Below, piece after piece: positions 19,162 through 28,745 of a stretch of DNA of 64,000 bases. A program made the translations under genes and the position numbers. The notes beneath the pieces were generated by a model. It saw nothing but the letters and a program-made list of their open reading frames with translations, was not told the origin of the DNA and did no database searches. Positions within the stretch are counted from its first letter, which is position 1; the number at the start of each line of letters is the position of its first letter. Origin of the DNA: Chitinophagales bacterium (GTDB lineage Bacteria > Bacteroidota > Bacteroidia > Chitinophagales > LD1); contig JBGAIB010000002.1 in the NCBI GenBank assembly GCA_044225825.1, forward strand, positions 193,660 to 257,659, given 5' to 3'.

Positions 19162-20364
19162 ATGAAGAAGTTGTTTGCTCCTCTCGCCCTGATCGTATTT
19201 CTGCTTTGCGGCCCTGCCGCCAATGCCCAGGGCATTGAGTTTATACACGATAAGAAGTTTGCCGAAATACTGAATATGGCCAAACAGCAGAACAAACTGG
19301 TGTTTATGGATTGCTATACCAGTTGGTGCGGTCCCTGCAAAAGACTGAGCAGCATGGTATTCCCCGACTCGGCTGTGGGTGCTTATTTCAACGAGAATTT
19401 TATCAATGCCAAATTTGATATGGAGAAAGATGAAGGCCCCACCATTGCCGGCACTTACGGTGTGCGTGCCTATCCTACCCTGTTGTGGTTAGACGGTGAT
19501 GGAAATGTGCGGCATAAAATTGTGGGTGGTTTGGATGTGACCGGTTTAATTGGCCAGGGTAAAAAAGCCCTTGATCCCACACCCGGCATTTTAACCGGTA
19601 TGCGTAAACGCTATGCTGATGGTGACAGGGATGTAAATTTCCTGAGCGACTTTGTAAACACCCTGCAGGCCAGCGGTGAGAAATACGAGGACTACTTTAA
19701 GGAATACATGGACAAGCTGACGCAAAAGGACCTGGCTGACGCGAAACATGCAAAAACCATATTCAACCTTACGAATGATATTAAGTCGCCCGGATTGGCT
19801 TACCTGGTTAAGAACAAGGAGTATTATAAAGGAATGCTGGGTGACGATGCTTACAACAATAAAATTGACAAGATAGCCACCAAGGCTGCCGGTGAAGCAC
19901 CCAAAGCCAATGACCCTGCCCTGTTTAAAGGAGCCATTGATTTGATAAAGAGCAACAAGGCGCCTAATGCAGCAGAAAAAACCGCACAGCTTTCGCTGGA
20001 GTACTACGAACATATGGCCGATTGGAGTAACTACGACAAAACAGCCAGTGCCTATATAAAAAAGTATGCTTCCAAAAAAGCCTCCGCACTTAATGATATT
20101 GCCTGGGTATATTACCTGAACATGAACGATGATGCGCGTTTAAATAAAGCCGCCAAATGGGCTTATACAGCCATTAACACCGATAATAAATACACCTACA
20201 ACCTTACCTATGCTTACCTGCTTTATAAATTGAATAACTATAAGGAAGCAGAAAAGGCCTGCGATTATGCTATCATCCGCGCCAAGGAAGAAGGCGCTAA
20301 CCCCGGCTCCGCAACTTTTTTAAAAGATGCCATTCAGAAGTCGGTAGAGAAAGCGAAGCAATAA
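19162..20364 (+). CDS. Exported thioredoxin-family protein with helical C-terminus
   Basis: Signal peptide, WCGPC active site, AYPT cis-Pro loop. Confidence 0.88.
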   Translation: MKKLFAPLALIVFLLCGPAANAQGIEFIHDKKFAEILNMAKQQNKLVFMDCYTSWCGPCKRLSSMVFPDSAVGAYFNENFINAKFDMEKDEGPTIAGTYGVRAYPTLLWLDGDGNVRHKIVGGLDVTGLIGQGKKALDPTPGILTGMRKRYADGDRDVNFLSDFVNTLQASGEKYEDYFKEYMDKLTQKDLADAKHAKTIFNLTNDIKSPGLAYLVKNKEYYKGMLGDDAYNNKIDKIATKAAGEAPKANDPALFKGAIDLIKSNKAPNAAEKTAQLSLEYYEHMADWSNYDKTASAYIKKYASKKASALNDIAWVYYLNMNDDARLNKAAKWAYTAINTDNKYTYNLTYAYLLYKLNNYKEAEKACDYAIIRAKEEGANPGSATFLKDAIQKSVEKAKQ

Positions 20365-20390
20365 GAAACGCAACGATTACCGCTTATATA

Positions 20391-20425
20391 AACGGGGGAG
20401 GTTATTGCATAGCCTCCCCCGTTTT
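20391..20425. terminator. Probable bidirectional terminator
   Basis: AACGGGGGAGG..CCTCCCCCGTTTT between convergent genes. Confidence 0.75.
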
Positions 20426-20427
20426 AA

Positions 20428-21963
20428 TTATAAAGGCATCCGTGGTGGTGTAAGTTTTACGCTTGCGGGTATTTTGCCCTGTTGAATAAGTTGCTGAATG
20501 ATCTGTAGGTTGTGCTGTTTGCTGTAGCAATACGAGCGCCAGTCGCTGTATTGCACTTCCTGCTTTAGGTTAGTATACTGTTGATACATGCTTTGCACCA
20601 CCGTTTCGTTAAACACCATATGGTCGGTAGGAGGGCCGTTTACCTCCTGCGCATAAAATTGAAAGAGCGTGCCCAGCGAGGTGTAGCTTAATTCGCTTTG
20701 ATAGCCGCGGTCGATATAATTTAAATGCAGCAATTTAAAGTGCGTGAGATTAAAACGCACAATCCATTCATCCCAGTTAACCGGCAGCGAAAACAAAAAC
20801 ACCGCATAAAATGCCCAGGCATTTTTGCGAAACAAAAACCAGTTGCTGCGGCGCTGGCCTACTTTAAAAAGCGTGGTGGCTAAACCAATTACACACAATA
20901 ACAAGTACACGTAAACACCTATACGGCGCCTGGTTAAACCGCTGCTTTCAATAATCCACCAATTGCGTTGGGCATTGGTTAACACCATCAGCAGGTTTTG
21001 TGCGATCCAGATATAACATAGGCTGCGCAGCCATTTAGTGCCCGGCGCAAAATGGAGATACCCGCGAAACACCACGAGGATTATCAGAATGGCAAGAACA
21101 ATGGAGAGGATCAGTGTTTCTGTGCCGTCGTGTAAATAATCAGCCACCGAAATACCCGCAGGTAATTTACGGGCAATCCACAGGTAAAAAACATCTACAC
21201 CATTTACACTTAGCAACAGCAGGTTCAGCAAGGCAAAGAGCAGGGTGCCGCCAAAGATTTCGGTGGAAGCGGGGAGCGTAAAAAAGCGGTGCGCACGGTT
21301 ATGCTCTTCTTCGGAAATAGGCGGAAGGTCGTCCGATGCCCTGCTATCCAAGCGCAGCAGTTTTTCAGAACTGCGGTGCACGAAAAAACCATACATCCAA
21401 ATAAACCCGAGCAGTGTAAACAACAACCAGGGCACGCTGATAAAATCAAGATCTATTTCATCGGTCAGCTTTTCGAAAAGCGGGTTAGACTCGCGATAAA
21501 GAAAGAAGAAGACCGTAGTTATAGCCAGCGCAAGAATTACCAACGGAAAGCGGTTGCCATGCGCTTTACCGGAAGCATCGCCGGTTTCGGTGACAGGCCT
21601 TAGTATCCGCTGAGGTATCGCTCCACGAACTGCGGATAACCACATGGACATCCAGCCGCTGAAACCTGCAATCAGTAAAGAGGCGTCGGGGGCAAAACTT
21701 AACCCGGCCAATACCAGCAGCGAACACCAGTTTGCCAGCAAGGGCAACCAGGTGCCAAACCAAAACACATAGAAAGAAGAGAACAAGGAGGCGGCTGCGA
21801 CAAGCAGCCAGGAGGGCCGGCTAAGCAGGTTGCGATTAGCCGCTGCCGTTAATCCAACCAGTAACAGATTAAACAAAAGGTAATTGAGGCCCGCTGATTG
21901 GAAATAAAACAAGCCGGTGAAGGCCACGGTGCCCGCCAGAATACAGAAATGGATAAACTTCAT
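20428..21963 (-). CDS. DUF4153/DUF4173-family membrane protein
   Basis: Polytopic; YRESNPLF and GLTRRRIGVY motifs; operon context. Confidence 0.75.
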   Translation of the reverse strand: MKFIHFCILAGTVAFTGLFYFQSAGLNYLLFNLLLVGLTAAANRNLLSRPSWLLVAAASLFSSFYVFWFGTWLPLLANWCSLLVLAGLSFAPDASLLIAGFSGWMSMWLSAVRGAIPQRILRPVTETGDASGKAHGNRFPLVILALAITTVFFFLYRESNPLFEKLTDEIDLDFISVPWLLFTLLGFIWMYGFFVHRSSEKLLRLDSRASDDLPPISEEEHNRAHRFFTLPASTEIFGGTLLFALLNLLLLSVNGVDVFYLWIARKLPAGISVADYLHDGTETLILSIVLAILIILVVFRGYLHFAPGTKWLRSLCYIWIAQNLLMVLTNAQRNWWIIESSGLTRRRIGVYVYLLLCVIGLATTLFKVGQRRSNWFLFRKNAWAFYAVFLFSLPVNWDEWIVRFNLTHFKLLHLNYIDRGYQSELSYTSLGTLFQFYAQEVNGPPTDHMVFNETVVQSMYQQYTNLKQEVQYSDWRSYCYSKQHNLQIIQQLIQQGKIPASVKLTPPRMPL

Positions 21964-21973
21964 AGGACAGAAT

Positions 21974-22660
21974 TTATTGGTTAGCAGAATTGGGTTCGGC
22001 AGGGAGCAGTGACTCGATGACTTTAAATACCAGCCAGATTAAAATGGCGCTGAGCGCCGTAACCCCATAAGCACGCGGATACATGGTTGGATGCAGCAAA
22101 CGCTGAGCAGTATCACCGATAATCTGAAGCGGATTTAAAAAGGCATCCCAACTGTTCCAGCGCAGGTAGCGGCCCATATAAATACCATAGCCGGAAAGCA
22201 CCATAGCAACCAGTAATACCAGGCGGGCTTGCAGGTGACTGAAGGTTTGGCGCCAGCGTTTATAGATAATCAGCAACGAAAAAATACCCAGCATAAAACC
22301 GCAGAGGGCAAAGGCATAAAGCATTAAGGTATCATACCAGAAGGGGAAATCGTAGCGGGGCTTGAGGTGCAGCAGATCGGTGGTTATGTAGGGTGCATTA
22401 GGAAAGAACAATAGCCATGCACCGCTAAGCAGCAGCATTTTTATAGTAGCCGGTTGTTTGGCAGTTAGTAAGGCAAGGCCGAGGGGTATCCAGGCCAGCA
22501 GCAGGTTAAAAGGCAGAAAAATAAAATTGAGCGTGCCGGCGCTTATCAAACGAAAAGTTTCGAGCGCCAGGCAAAAGGCGGTTAAAAACAGCAATGCACG
22601 AACAGTGCTGCGATAGGATGAAAACATGTGGTGTTGTTTGGTGAGGTAGTACTGTTGCAT
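21974..22660 (-). CDS. DUF1361-family membrane protein
   Basis: NLLLAWIP, FFPNAPYITTDLLHL, GIYMGRYLRWNSWD. Confidence 0.88.
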   Translation of the reverse strand: MQQYYLTKQHHMFSSYRSTVRALLFLTAFCLALETFRLISAGTLNFIFLPFNLLLAWIPLGLALLTAKQPATIKMLLLSGAWLLFFPNAPYITTDLLHLKPRYDFPFWYDTLMLYAFALCGFMLGIFSLLIIYKRWRQTFSHLQARLVLLVAMVLSGYGIYMGRYLRWNSWDAFLNPLQIIGDTAQRLLHPTMYPRAYGVTALSAILIWLVFKVIESLLPAEPNSANQ

Positions 22661-22667
22661 GCACGTG

Positions 22668-22865
22668 TTATTCGTTATAAATTATTCCCATCAGATGATA
22701 AACTACGGTCAGGGCGGTCATCCTTTTCTGAAACTGTTCCTCAGTTAAAGCTCCCTGCTGTTTGCGTTGCTTTAATTTGGCTATGCCCTTTTCCGCCAGC
22801 AAATACGTACCGATCAGCGCTGCATCGCGGCAGCACCCGAGGATTGTTTTCTGTTTCTTCTTCAT
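22668..22865 (-). CDS. Small hypothetical protein
   Basis: Fits tightly between two co-oriented operon genes. Confidence 0.5.
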   Translation of the reverse strand: MKKKQKTILGCCRDAALIGTYLLAEKGIAKLKQRKQQGALTEEQFQKRMTALTVVYHLMGIIYNE

Positions 22866-22876
22866 GGTGGTGGGTT

Positions 22877-23383
22877 TTAGAAGATGGTATTCAGCCGGTC
22901 CTCTTGCTGCAACTTTTCCAACTTAAGCACATAGTGCCGCGCCAGGCCAAGCGGTAGCAGGCCCACTACACCGAAACTGCAATCGATAAGGCACCACCAC
23001 CAGGGCAAGCCGCGCAAGGGGCCGAAAAAACAGGCAAAGGGGATCACCATCAAACAAGCTATCAGGCCAAAGTCTAACACCCATTTGTTGCGTACCGGAT
23101 TTCGGATTACACCGATAAAAGCTACAGCAATTACCAGGTGTGCAAAGGCCAGCCAATCGAAACCATATTGCAGGAAAGGATATTGCTGATGCACCTGCAC
23201 CAGCGTGTTGCGCACCTGTTCCAAAAAGGCGGTGAGGGCAGGTGGTCCTGCAATCAAATCCAGCACCAACGATAGTTCCTGTACCAAGGGAATAGCCGTT
23301 AAGCCACTGACGATTAAAGCGGCCATAAAAAACCACACCAATAAGCGGATGCGGCGGTGGAGAGATGGGATTTTAGGATTCAT
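22877..23383 (-). CDS. Membrane protein
   Basis: SGLTAIPL, YGFDWLAFAHLVIA, IDCSFG; start taken at MNPKIP. Confidence 0.78.
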   Translation of the reverse strand: MNPKIPSLHRRIRLLVWFFMAALIVSGLTAIPLVQELSLVLDLIAGPPALTAFLEQVRNTLVQVHQQYPFLQYGFDWLAFAHLVIAVAFIGVIRNPVRNKWVLDFGLIACLMVIPFACFFGPLRGLPWWWCLIDCSFGVVGLLPLGLARHYVLKLEKLQQEDRLNTIF

Positions 23384-23390
23384 AAAAAGC

Positions 23391-23407
23391 ACTTTGTGTT
23401 TCAAAGT
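23391..23407. promoter_or_regulatory. Palindromic operator ACTTTG-N5-CAAAGT (copy 1)
   Basis: Perfect inverted repeat overlapping a TTACTTTG -7-like element; a near-identical copy lies at 24426. Confidence 0.65.
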
Positions 23408-23423
23408 AAAAGGACAAAAAAAT

Positions 23424-23726
23424 TTATTTGCGGTTCTGTTTCACTAATTTTTCGAGGGCGTTCAGGTGTTGTACAAACTCCTTGCGACCCAGGTTGGTAA
23501 CCATATAGCTGGTGCGGGTTTTCTTACCTACAAATTCCTTTTTAACGGCTATGTAATCCAGTTTTTCGAGTGCGGTGATGTGGCTGGCCAGGTTACCATC
23601 GGTTACCTCCAGCAATTCCTTCAGGGCCAGGAAGTCGATCGCCTCATTCACCATCAGAGCACTCATGATACCCAGGCGAATGCGGTTTTCGAAAGCCTTA
23701 TTTAAATTTTCAATTACGTTCTTCAT
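23424..23726 (-). CDS. Winged-helix (ArsR/HTH_34) transcriptional regulator
   Basis: FENRIRLGIMSAL..TDGNLASH..KEFVGKKTRT. Confidence 0.9.
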   Translation of the reverse strand: MKNVIENLNKAFENRIRLGIMSALMVNEAIDFLALKELLEVTDGNLASHITALEKLDYIAVKKEFVGKKTRTSYMVTNLGRKEFVQHLNALEKLVKQNRK

Positions 23727-23753
23727 GCTGCTGCATTCAACACCCCTGCAATA

Positions 23754-24416
23754 CTACCAGTACTTTTTCTCTTTTGCCTTTGCTTCGTACTTTACATACA
23801 TCACCAGGCCATAAATGATGTGCAACACGCCAAAGCCTATTGCCCACAATGTAATGCCGCAGCCAATATAATTAAGGCCGATAATGCCCAGTATAATTTC
23901 AGATATACCCAGCCAACGAATTTCATCGAGCGTGTATTTACCGGCATTTAACAAGGCCAGCCCATAAAATATAAGCGTAGTTGGTGCAATAATGCCAAAC
24001 CAATGATAGCTAAGCATGTAAAGGCAGAATATACCACCGGTAATAAGCGGCACAAACAGGCTAAGCAACATGTTGCGGGCACTGCTATCCCATATTTTAA
24101 GTCCCATATGACGCGCACGGCGGGTTGTAAAAAAGACTGCAAAGGCTAAGGACAATACAATTACGGTTGTGGCATCAGCAAGGCAAAAGGCTACGATCTC
24201 CAGGTGATTAGTCAAATCGATAGGAATGGCTTTGGCAAAGTCGCGGTAACCGGCGCTAAAACGATTATTGATAAAGAGGTTAAAGGCCAGGGCACCGGCC
24301 AAGGCAAAAAAGCCGGCAAATACCCCGCTTAAACCGCTGAGTGAAATAAAACGGCTGCTGCGCTCCATAATGTTGCGTATCTCCTGTATCTGCTTTAACT
24401 GGTCTTGTTCGCTCAT
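23754..24416 (-). CDS. Conserved membrane protein co-encoded with HTH_34 regulators
   Basis: IRNIMERSSRFISLSGLSG and GFGVLHIIYG motifs. Confidence 0.82.
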   Translation of the reverse strand: MSEQDQLKQIQEIRNIMERSSRFISLSGLSGVFAGFFALAGALAFNLFINNRFSAGYRDFAKAIPIDLTNHLEIVAFCLADATTVIVLSLAFAVFFTTRRARHMGLKIWDSSARNMLLSLFVPLITGGIFCLYMLSYHWFGIIAPTTLIFYGLALLNAGKYTLDEIRWLGISEIILGIIGLNYIGCGITLWAIGFGVLHIIYGLVMYVKYEAKAKEKKYW

Positions 24417-24425
24417 AACAAAAGT

Positions 24426-24442
24426 GCTTTGTGTTGCAAAGT
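24426..24442. promoter_or_regulatory. Palindromic operator (G)CTTTG-N5-CAAAGT (copy 2)
   Basis: Sits just upstream of the operon's first gene, same geometry as copy 1. Confidence 0.65.
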
Positions 24443-24528
24443 AAATAGCTTTTAAGGCATACTTCCAAACTTTGTTTCCTATTATTTTAGCTTTACTAAC
24501 GTTTATTTACAATTAAACAGCGATAACT

Positions 24529-24888
24529 ATGGCCGGCGAAAAAATTTACAAAAGCTTCTGGAGCTTTTACCCCTATTACCTTACTGAACATGCTCGCCCT
24601 ATTAACCGCGCCTTTCATTTTGTAGGCACCGGATTGGTAATTGCCTGTTTTATAGGAGCTTTTGTAACCCAAAAATGGTGGTTAATTGCCCTGATGCCCG
24701 TATGCGGTTATGGCTTTGCCTGGTTCGGGCACTTTTTGCTGGAGAAGAATCGTCCTGCCACCTTTACCTACCCTTTGTGGAGTTTAGGTTCGGACTTTGT
24801 AATGTTCTGGCATATACTTACCGGCCAAATAGGCCGCAAAGTAGAAGAAGCCCACCAAACCATTGGTGTGGTAAATAAGTGGAAATAA
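24529..24888 (+). CDS. DUF962 (Mpo1-like) membrane protein
   Basis: FYPYYLTEH, HFVGT, GYGFAWFGHF..EKNRPATF. Confidence 0.9.
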   Translation: MAGEKIYKSFWSFYPYYLTEHARPINRAFHFVGTGLVIACFIGAFVTQKWWLIALMPVCGYGFAWFGHFLLEKNRPATFTYPLWSLGSDFVMFWHILTGQIGRKVEEAHQTIGVVNKWK

Positions 24889-24895
24889 ACGGTTG

Positions 24896-25618
24896 TTAGA
24901 ACAGCACCCCGATTTTTAAGTTAACCGAACGCATAACGGTAGGTTCCTTTTTAAGATCTACACTGTTATCGCGCAGGTAATTCAGAAATCCGTTATGGTA
25001 ATACAAGCCGGCAGTAAGTGCCACCTTATCGTTGAAGTGGTATTCGAAACCGCCGCCCACGGCAAAGCGCACATCGTAGATATTGGCTCTGAAGTCGGGT
25101 AGGCTTTTCGACACGTCATTGCCCTTGCGTAAAATATTCTCCTTTTCAATCAGCAGTTTACTTGTGGTGCCATAGATGTTGATGGAATCGCTGTAGCTGG
25201 CACGGGCCGAAAGGGTGAAGAAGTTTTCGAGCAACACTTCGCCATAGATCCTAAAGTTTTTAATGTCGTTTGTGCGCAACTTGATGCCTATGGGAAGTAC
25301 CAGGGAGTGGAAGGTGTACTTTTCAGTTATCATCGTACCGGTAGCCGTATCCTGAAAGAAGGTGCGGTTCTTAAGATTACCACCCTCCATAGCACCAAAC
25401 AGGCCGGTGCTTAGGCCAAAGTTTTCGGCAAACCAATACTCCAGCGAAAGGCCATACTGCATGCCAAAACGAACGCCTCCGTTTTTCAATTCCTTACCGA
25501 ACGGCTTGGCCCAGCTGATGCCCGGCGAAACTGTAAAGCCCAGTTTAATTTTATCGGTTATAGCAAAAGTGCTGTGCGCCAAAACCAAAAACAGCAGCAG
25601 GGTAAAATATCTTTTCAT
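24896..25618 (-). CDS. Outer-membrane beta-barrel (porin-family) protein
   Basis: Signal peptide, alternating strands, C-terminal Phe. Confidence 0.8.
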   Translation of the reverse strand: MKRYFTLLLFLVLAHSTFAITDKIKLGFTVSPGISWAKPFGKELKNGGVRFGMQYGLSLEYWFAENFGLSTGLFGAMEGGNLKNRTFFQDTATGTMITEKYTFHSLVLPIGIKLRTNDIKNFRIYGEVLLENFFTLSARASYSDSINIYGTTSKLLIEKENILRKGNDVSKSLPDFRANIYDVRFAVGGGFEYHFNDKVALTAGLYYHNGFLNYLRDNSVDLKKEPTVMRSVNLKIGVLF

Positions 25619-25642
25619 TTCTTTTCGTTTTTTTGATGCGCT

Positions 25643-26683
25643 ATGCAAAAAGGGTCGTTTTATTTAGGGTTACTGGTTGTTCTGTTTTTAACGGGTTGTA
25701 ACGGTTGTTCCAAAAACAACGGCCGTCCAAAACCCGATGTATCGAATATACAGGTTGATGTGCACTTTCTGCGTTTCGACCGCGATTTTACGGAATTCCG
25801 CCAAAAGGATTTCGCATCGCATCAAAACGAAATGCGTGCCAAATATGGCGACTTCTATGATTTTTATGTGAGCCAGTTTGTGATTGGCCCTCGTTTAGCA
25901 GGTGACACCGCCGACATAAGCGCTAAGGCCATTACCGATTTTGTGAACGATGCTTATGTGCACCGCCTGCAGGATTCGATGGACTATTATTTTAAAGACA
26001 GCAAAACTGTTGAGGGCGAGCTTAACCAAAGCCTGAAGTATTTTAAATACTACTTCCCTAAAATTACCATACCGCAAGTGGTAACCGTTTTTTCGAAATT
26101 TAATACCGGTGCCTTTACCTATGGTGCTGAAACACTTGGGATAGGGCTGGACTGCTACTTTGGACAAAACAATCCGGATTACGACAGCGCTGAAATTTAC
26201 CAGTATGTGCGCCGCCGTATGAGCAAGGAGTATTTGCCACGCAATGCTATGGAGGTACTTTATAACCTGTATTTTGGTAAAGACCCTGACCAGAAACAAA
26301 ACTTTATAAATGCCATGGTGGAGAAAGGCAAGAAAATGTATGTGCTGAGCATGCTGCTACCCGATGCGCCTGATTCGCTGCTGTTTGTGTACACCCAGCC
26401 GCAACTGGAATGGTGCCAAAAAAGCGAAAAGCAGATATGGCAGTTTTTTAATGACAAGGACCTGCTTTACAAAGAGGACTACATGGACCAAAAACGCTAC
26501 CTGGATGAAGGCCCGATGAGCCAAGGTATGCCTGCAGAAGCACCCGGTAATGTTGGCAGCTGGGTTGGCTTACAGATAGTTCGGAAGTTTATGGAACAGG
26601 GCGGCGACAAGATTTCGCTGGAGGACCTGGTTACCAAATACGATGCTGAAACGATTTTCAAAAAATCGAAGTACCGGCCTTAG
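25643..26683 (+). CDS. gldB: Gliding motility lipoprotein GldB
   Basis: Lipobox; RFDRD, IGLDCYFG, W....EKQIW, PGNVGSWVGLQIVRKFM and terminal SKYRP. Confidence 0.85.
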   Translation: MQKGSFYLGLLVVLFLTGCNGCSKNNGRPKPDVSNIQVDVHFLRFDRDFTEFRQKDFASHQNEMRAKYGDFYDFYVSQFVIGPRLAGDTADISAKAITDFVNDAYVHRLQDSMDYYFKDSKTVEGELNQSLKYFKYYFPKITIPQVVTVFSKFNTGAFTYGAETLGIGLDCYFGQNNPDYDSAEIYQYVRRRMSKEYLPRNAMEVLYNLYFGKDPDQKQNFINAMVEKGKKMYVLSMLLPDAPDSLLFVYTQPQLEWCQKSEKQIWQFFNDKDLLYKEDYMDQKRYLDEGPMSQGMPAEAPGNVGSWVGLQIVRKFMEQGGDKISLEDLVTKYDAETIFKKSKYRP

Positions 26684-26752
26684 GCTCTTCGGCATAAGTA
26701 ATCTCTTCTATTAGAAATTGTTAAATCCGTTTTGCGGTATATCTTTGGGTAT

Positions 26753-27649
26753 ATGAGCAGTTATTCGGATTTAAAGCGCGGTGGAGAAACCCTTATCAGT
26801 AAGATATTCAGGATCCTGAATTCCACTATCTGCTTCATTCTTGCCTTTATCAGCGTTAACTACCTTTCGTGGTTTGCTATGGCCCTGGTGGGTAAGTTCT
26901 TTAAATGCGATGCCATCGTTTATTCGTATGGTATAAAATTTATAACCCCGGTTGACCCTGAGCAATTCTGGAACAAGCTAAAGATCCTGCTGATCTTCTC
27001 CACGCCTGCGTTGTTCCCGCTGGTTTTCGGCTTGTTATGCCTGTATGTTTACGACCGCCTTAAAAACGTAAAAACGCTTTTGAACCTGTATCTGGTGTGG
27101 TGCTTTTTAATTGGCACCATTACGTTTTCAACGCAGGGTGTAATTGCCTCGCTGGGATATGGCGAGATAAACTCGGAATACTACCGGAACTTTGCCGTGG
27201 TGTTTTCGTGGCTGCGCATACCCCTTCCATTGGTGTATGTGTTCAATATCCCATTTGCTATCGTTTTCCTGTATTTCAGCCGGCATAGTATTCGCCCGTT
27301 TTTATTGTTTGCCTACTCGTTTACCAAGGTGAATAAACTAAGCCGCCGCCGCAAATATTATCTGGAAACCATGGCAGCGCCCTTTATACTTGGAGCTATC
27401 ACCATTCTTGCACTTAAGTTTTATGTAGGGCTTATACACGATATGTTTATGGTGCTGTTATACTTTATTGCCCTGGGCATTTGTATGCTGTATGGTATTT
27501 ATAGCCTTGACGAAACAGAGGTAATGAAAGACGAAGTGATTAAATACAAAACCCTGCAGGAAGCAAACTATCTGCTGCCTGTTGTGCTGATCGTGGTTTG
27601 CGGGTTGGTATATCTTGCCCGCCAGGGTGTTTACCTTTCCTTTAACTAA
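26753..27649 (+). CDS. Multi-pass membrane protein
   Basis: About 7 hydrophobic segments. Confidence 0.72.
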   Translation: MSSYSDLKRGGETLISKIFRILNSTICFILAFISVNYLSWFAMALVGKFFKCDAIVYSYGIKFITPVDPEQFWNKLKILLIFSTPALFPLVFGLLCLYVYDRLKNVKTLLNLYLVWCFLIGTITFSTQGVIASLGYGEINSEYYRNFAVVFSWLRIPLPLVYVFNIPFAIVFLYFSRHSIRPFLLFAYSFTKVNKLSRRRKYYLETMAAPFILGAITILALKFYVGLIHDMFMVLLYFIALGICMLYGIYSLDETEVMKDEVIKYKTLQEANYLLPVVLIVVCGLVYLARQGVYLSFN

Positions 27650-27684
27650 TTGCGGGTAGTACAGGCATTCCTTATCTTGCATCT

Positions 27685-28245
27685 ATGTCTATAGCCGGAC
27701 TGCTGGACCGATATCTTACGAACAAGCGCCTGATACGGCCTGCCGAGTTTTTAATTAAAATGGCGTTGGTTTATATAGGTTGGCGCACGTTTAAATACTT
27801 TGGCGAACACTACGATAATTTTTTGTGGGGCGGTTGGCAATGGTTTAAAGATGCCATGGGCCGTTTACTAACGCTGTGTGCCGCCCTGCTTTTAAAAGTT
27901 GCCGGCTATCAGCTAAACTTTTACGAACGATTGATAATTGTAGACGGCACGCGCGGGATATATGTGGCCGACCTTTGTTTGGGTATTGCGCCTATGGTAA
28001 TTTTTACCGGTTTTATAAGCGCCTTTGGCGATCATACCCGAAACAAACTGTGGTTTATACCGCTGGGGCTGTTTCTTATATTTCTTACCAATGTAGCACG
28101 CGTGCTGGCGCTGGTATTGGTGCAGGTGCACAGCAACCATTATTTTGGTTTAGCACACGACTATGTGTACGTGTTGATTACCTACGGACTAATCTTTTTT
28201 ATGGTTATGTGGTGGATGAATAAACTGGCCTTTAAGGAGGATTAG
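27685..28245 (+). CDS. Exosortase/archaeosortase family protein (XrtF-like)
   Basis: Catalytic Cys (VADLCLG), Arg (NVAR) and His (AHDY) in a membrane protein. Confidence 0.82.
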   Translation: MSIAGLLDRYLTNKRLIRPAEFLIKMALVYIGWRTFKYFGEHYDNFLWGGWQWFKDAMGRLLTLCAALLLKVAGYQLNFYERLIIVDGTRGIYVADLCLGIAPMVIFTGFISAFGDHTRNKLWFIPLGLFLIFLTNVARVLALVLVQVHSNHYFGLAHDYVYVLITYGLIFFMVMWWMNKLAFKED

Positions 28246-28745
28246 TTATCCGTGGTAATTTGATCCATCCGTTTAATCATTTCTCCGCTCATCCAGTTTT
28301 CGCCGTTAGTGGTTTTATAAAGAATTTCGAGTTGGCTGTTTAAGATATAGGTGGTAGGTACGGTATATATCTGCAGTTCCTTTAAAGGGACCGTACTGCG
28401 GGCAAATAGCAGGTTTTCGTTAGCATATACCTTAGCCAATTGTTGAAGCCGCTCAACGGATTCGTCGGAGACACAAACAAATTTCCAATTTTGTTTGCTG
28501 TAATAATGCGCCACATATGCCAGGGAAGGCAGTTCGCGTATACAGGGGCCGCACCAGGTGGCAAAGAAATTGACCACATATACTTTATGGGTATTGTCAC
28601 GCAACTCAAACCCGGCACCTTGTAAATCGGTTAACTGTAAAGGTGCAAAAGCAATTGCGGGTGCTACCCTGTATTTTTTATACAGAAAACCGCCTACCGC
28701 AGCTACCACCAGCAGCAGGGCAAGTATTGCCAGTTTATTGCGCAT
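28242..28745 (-). CDS. TlpA-family disulfide reductase
   Basis: NFFATWCGPCIRELP, VPTT. Confidence 0.88.
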   Translation of the reverse strand: MRNKLAILALLLVVAAVGGFLYKKYRVAPAIAFAPLQLTDLQGAGFELRDNTHKVYVVNFFATWCGPCIRELPSLAYVAHYYSKQNWKFVCVSDESVERLQQLAKVYANENLLFARSTVPLKELQIYTVPTTYILNSQLEILYKTTNGENWMSGEMIKRMDQITTDN

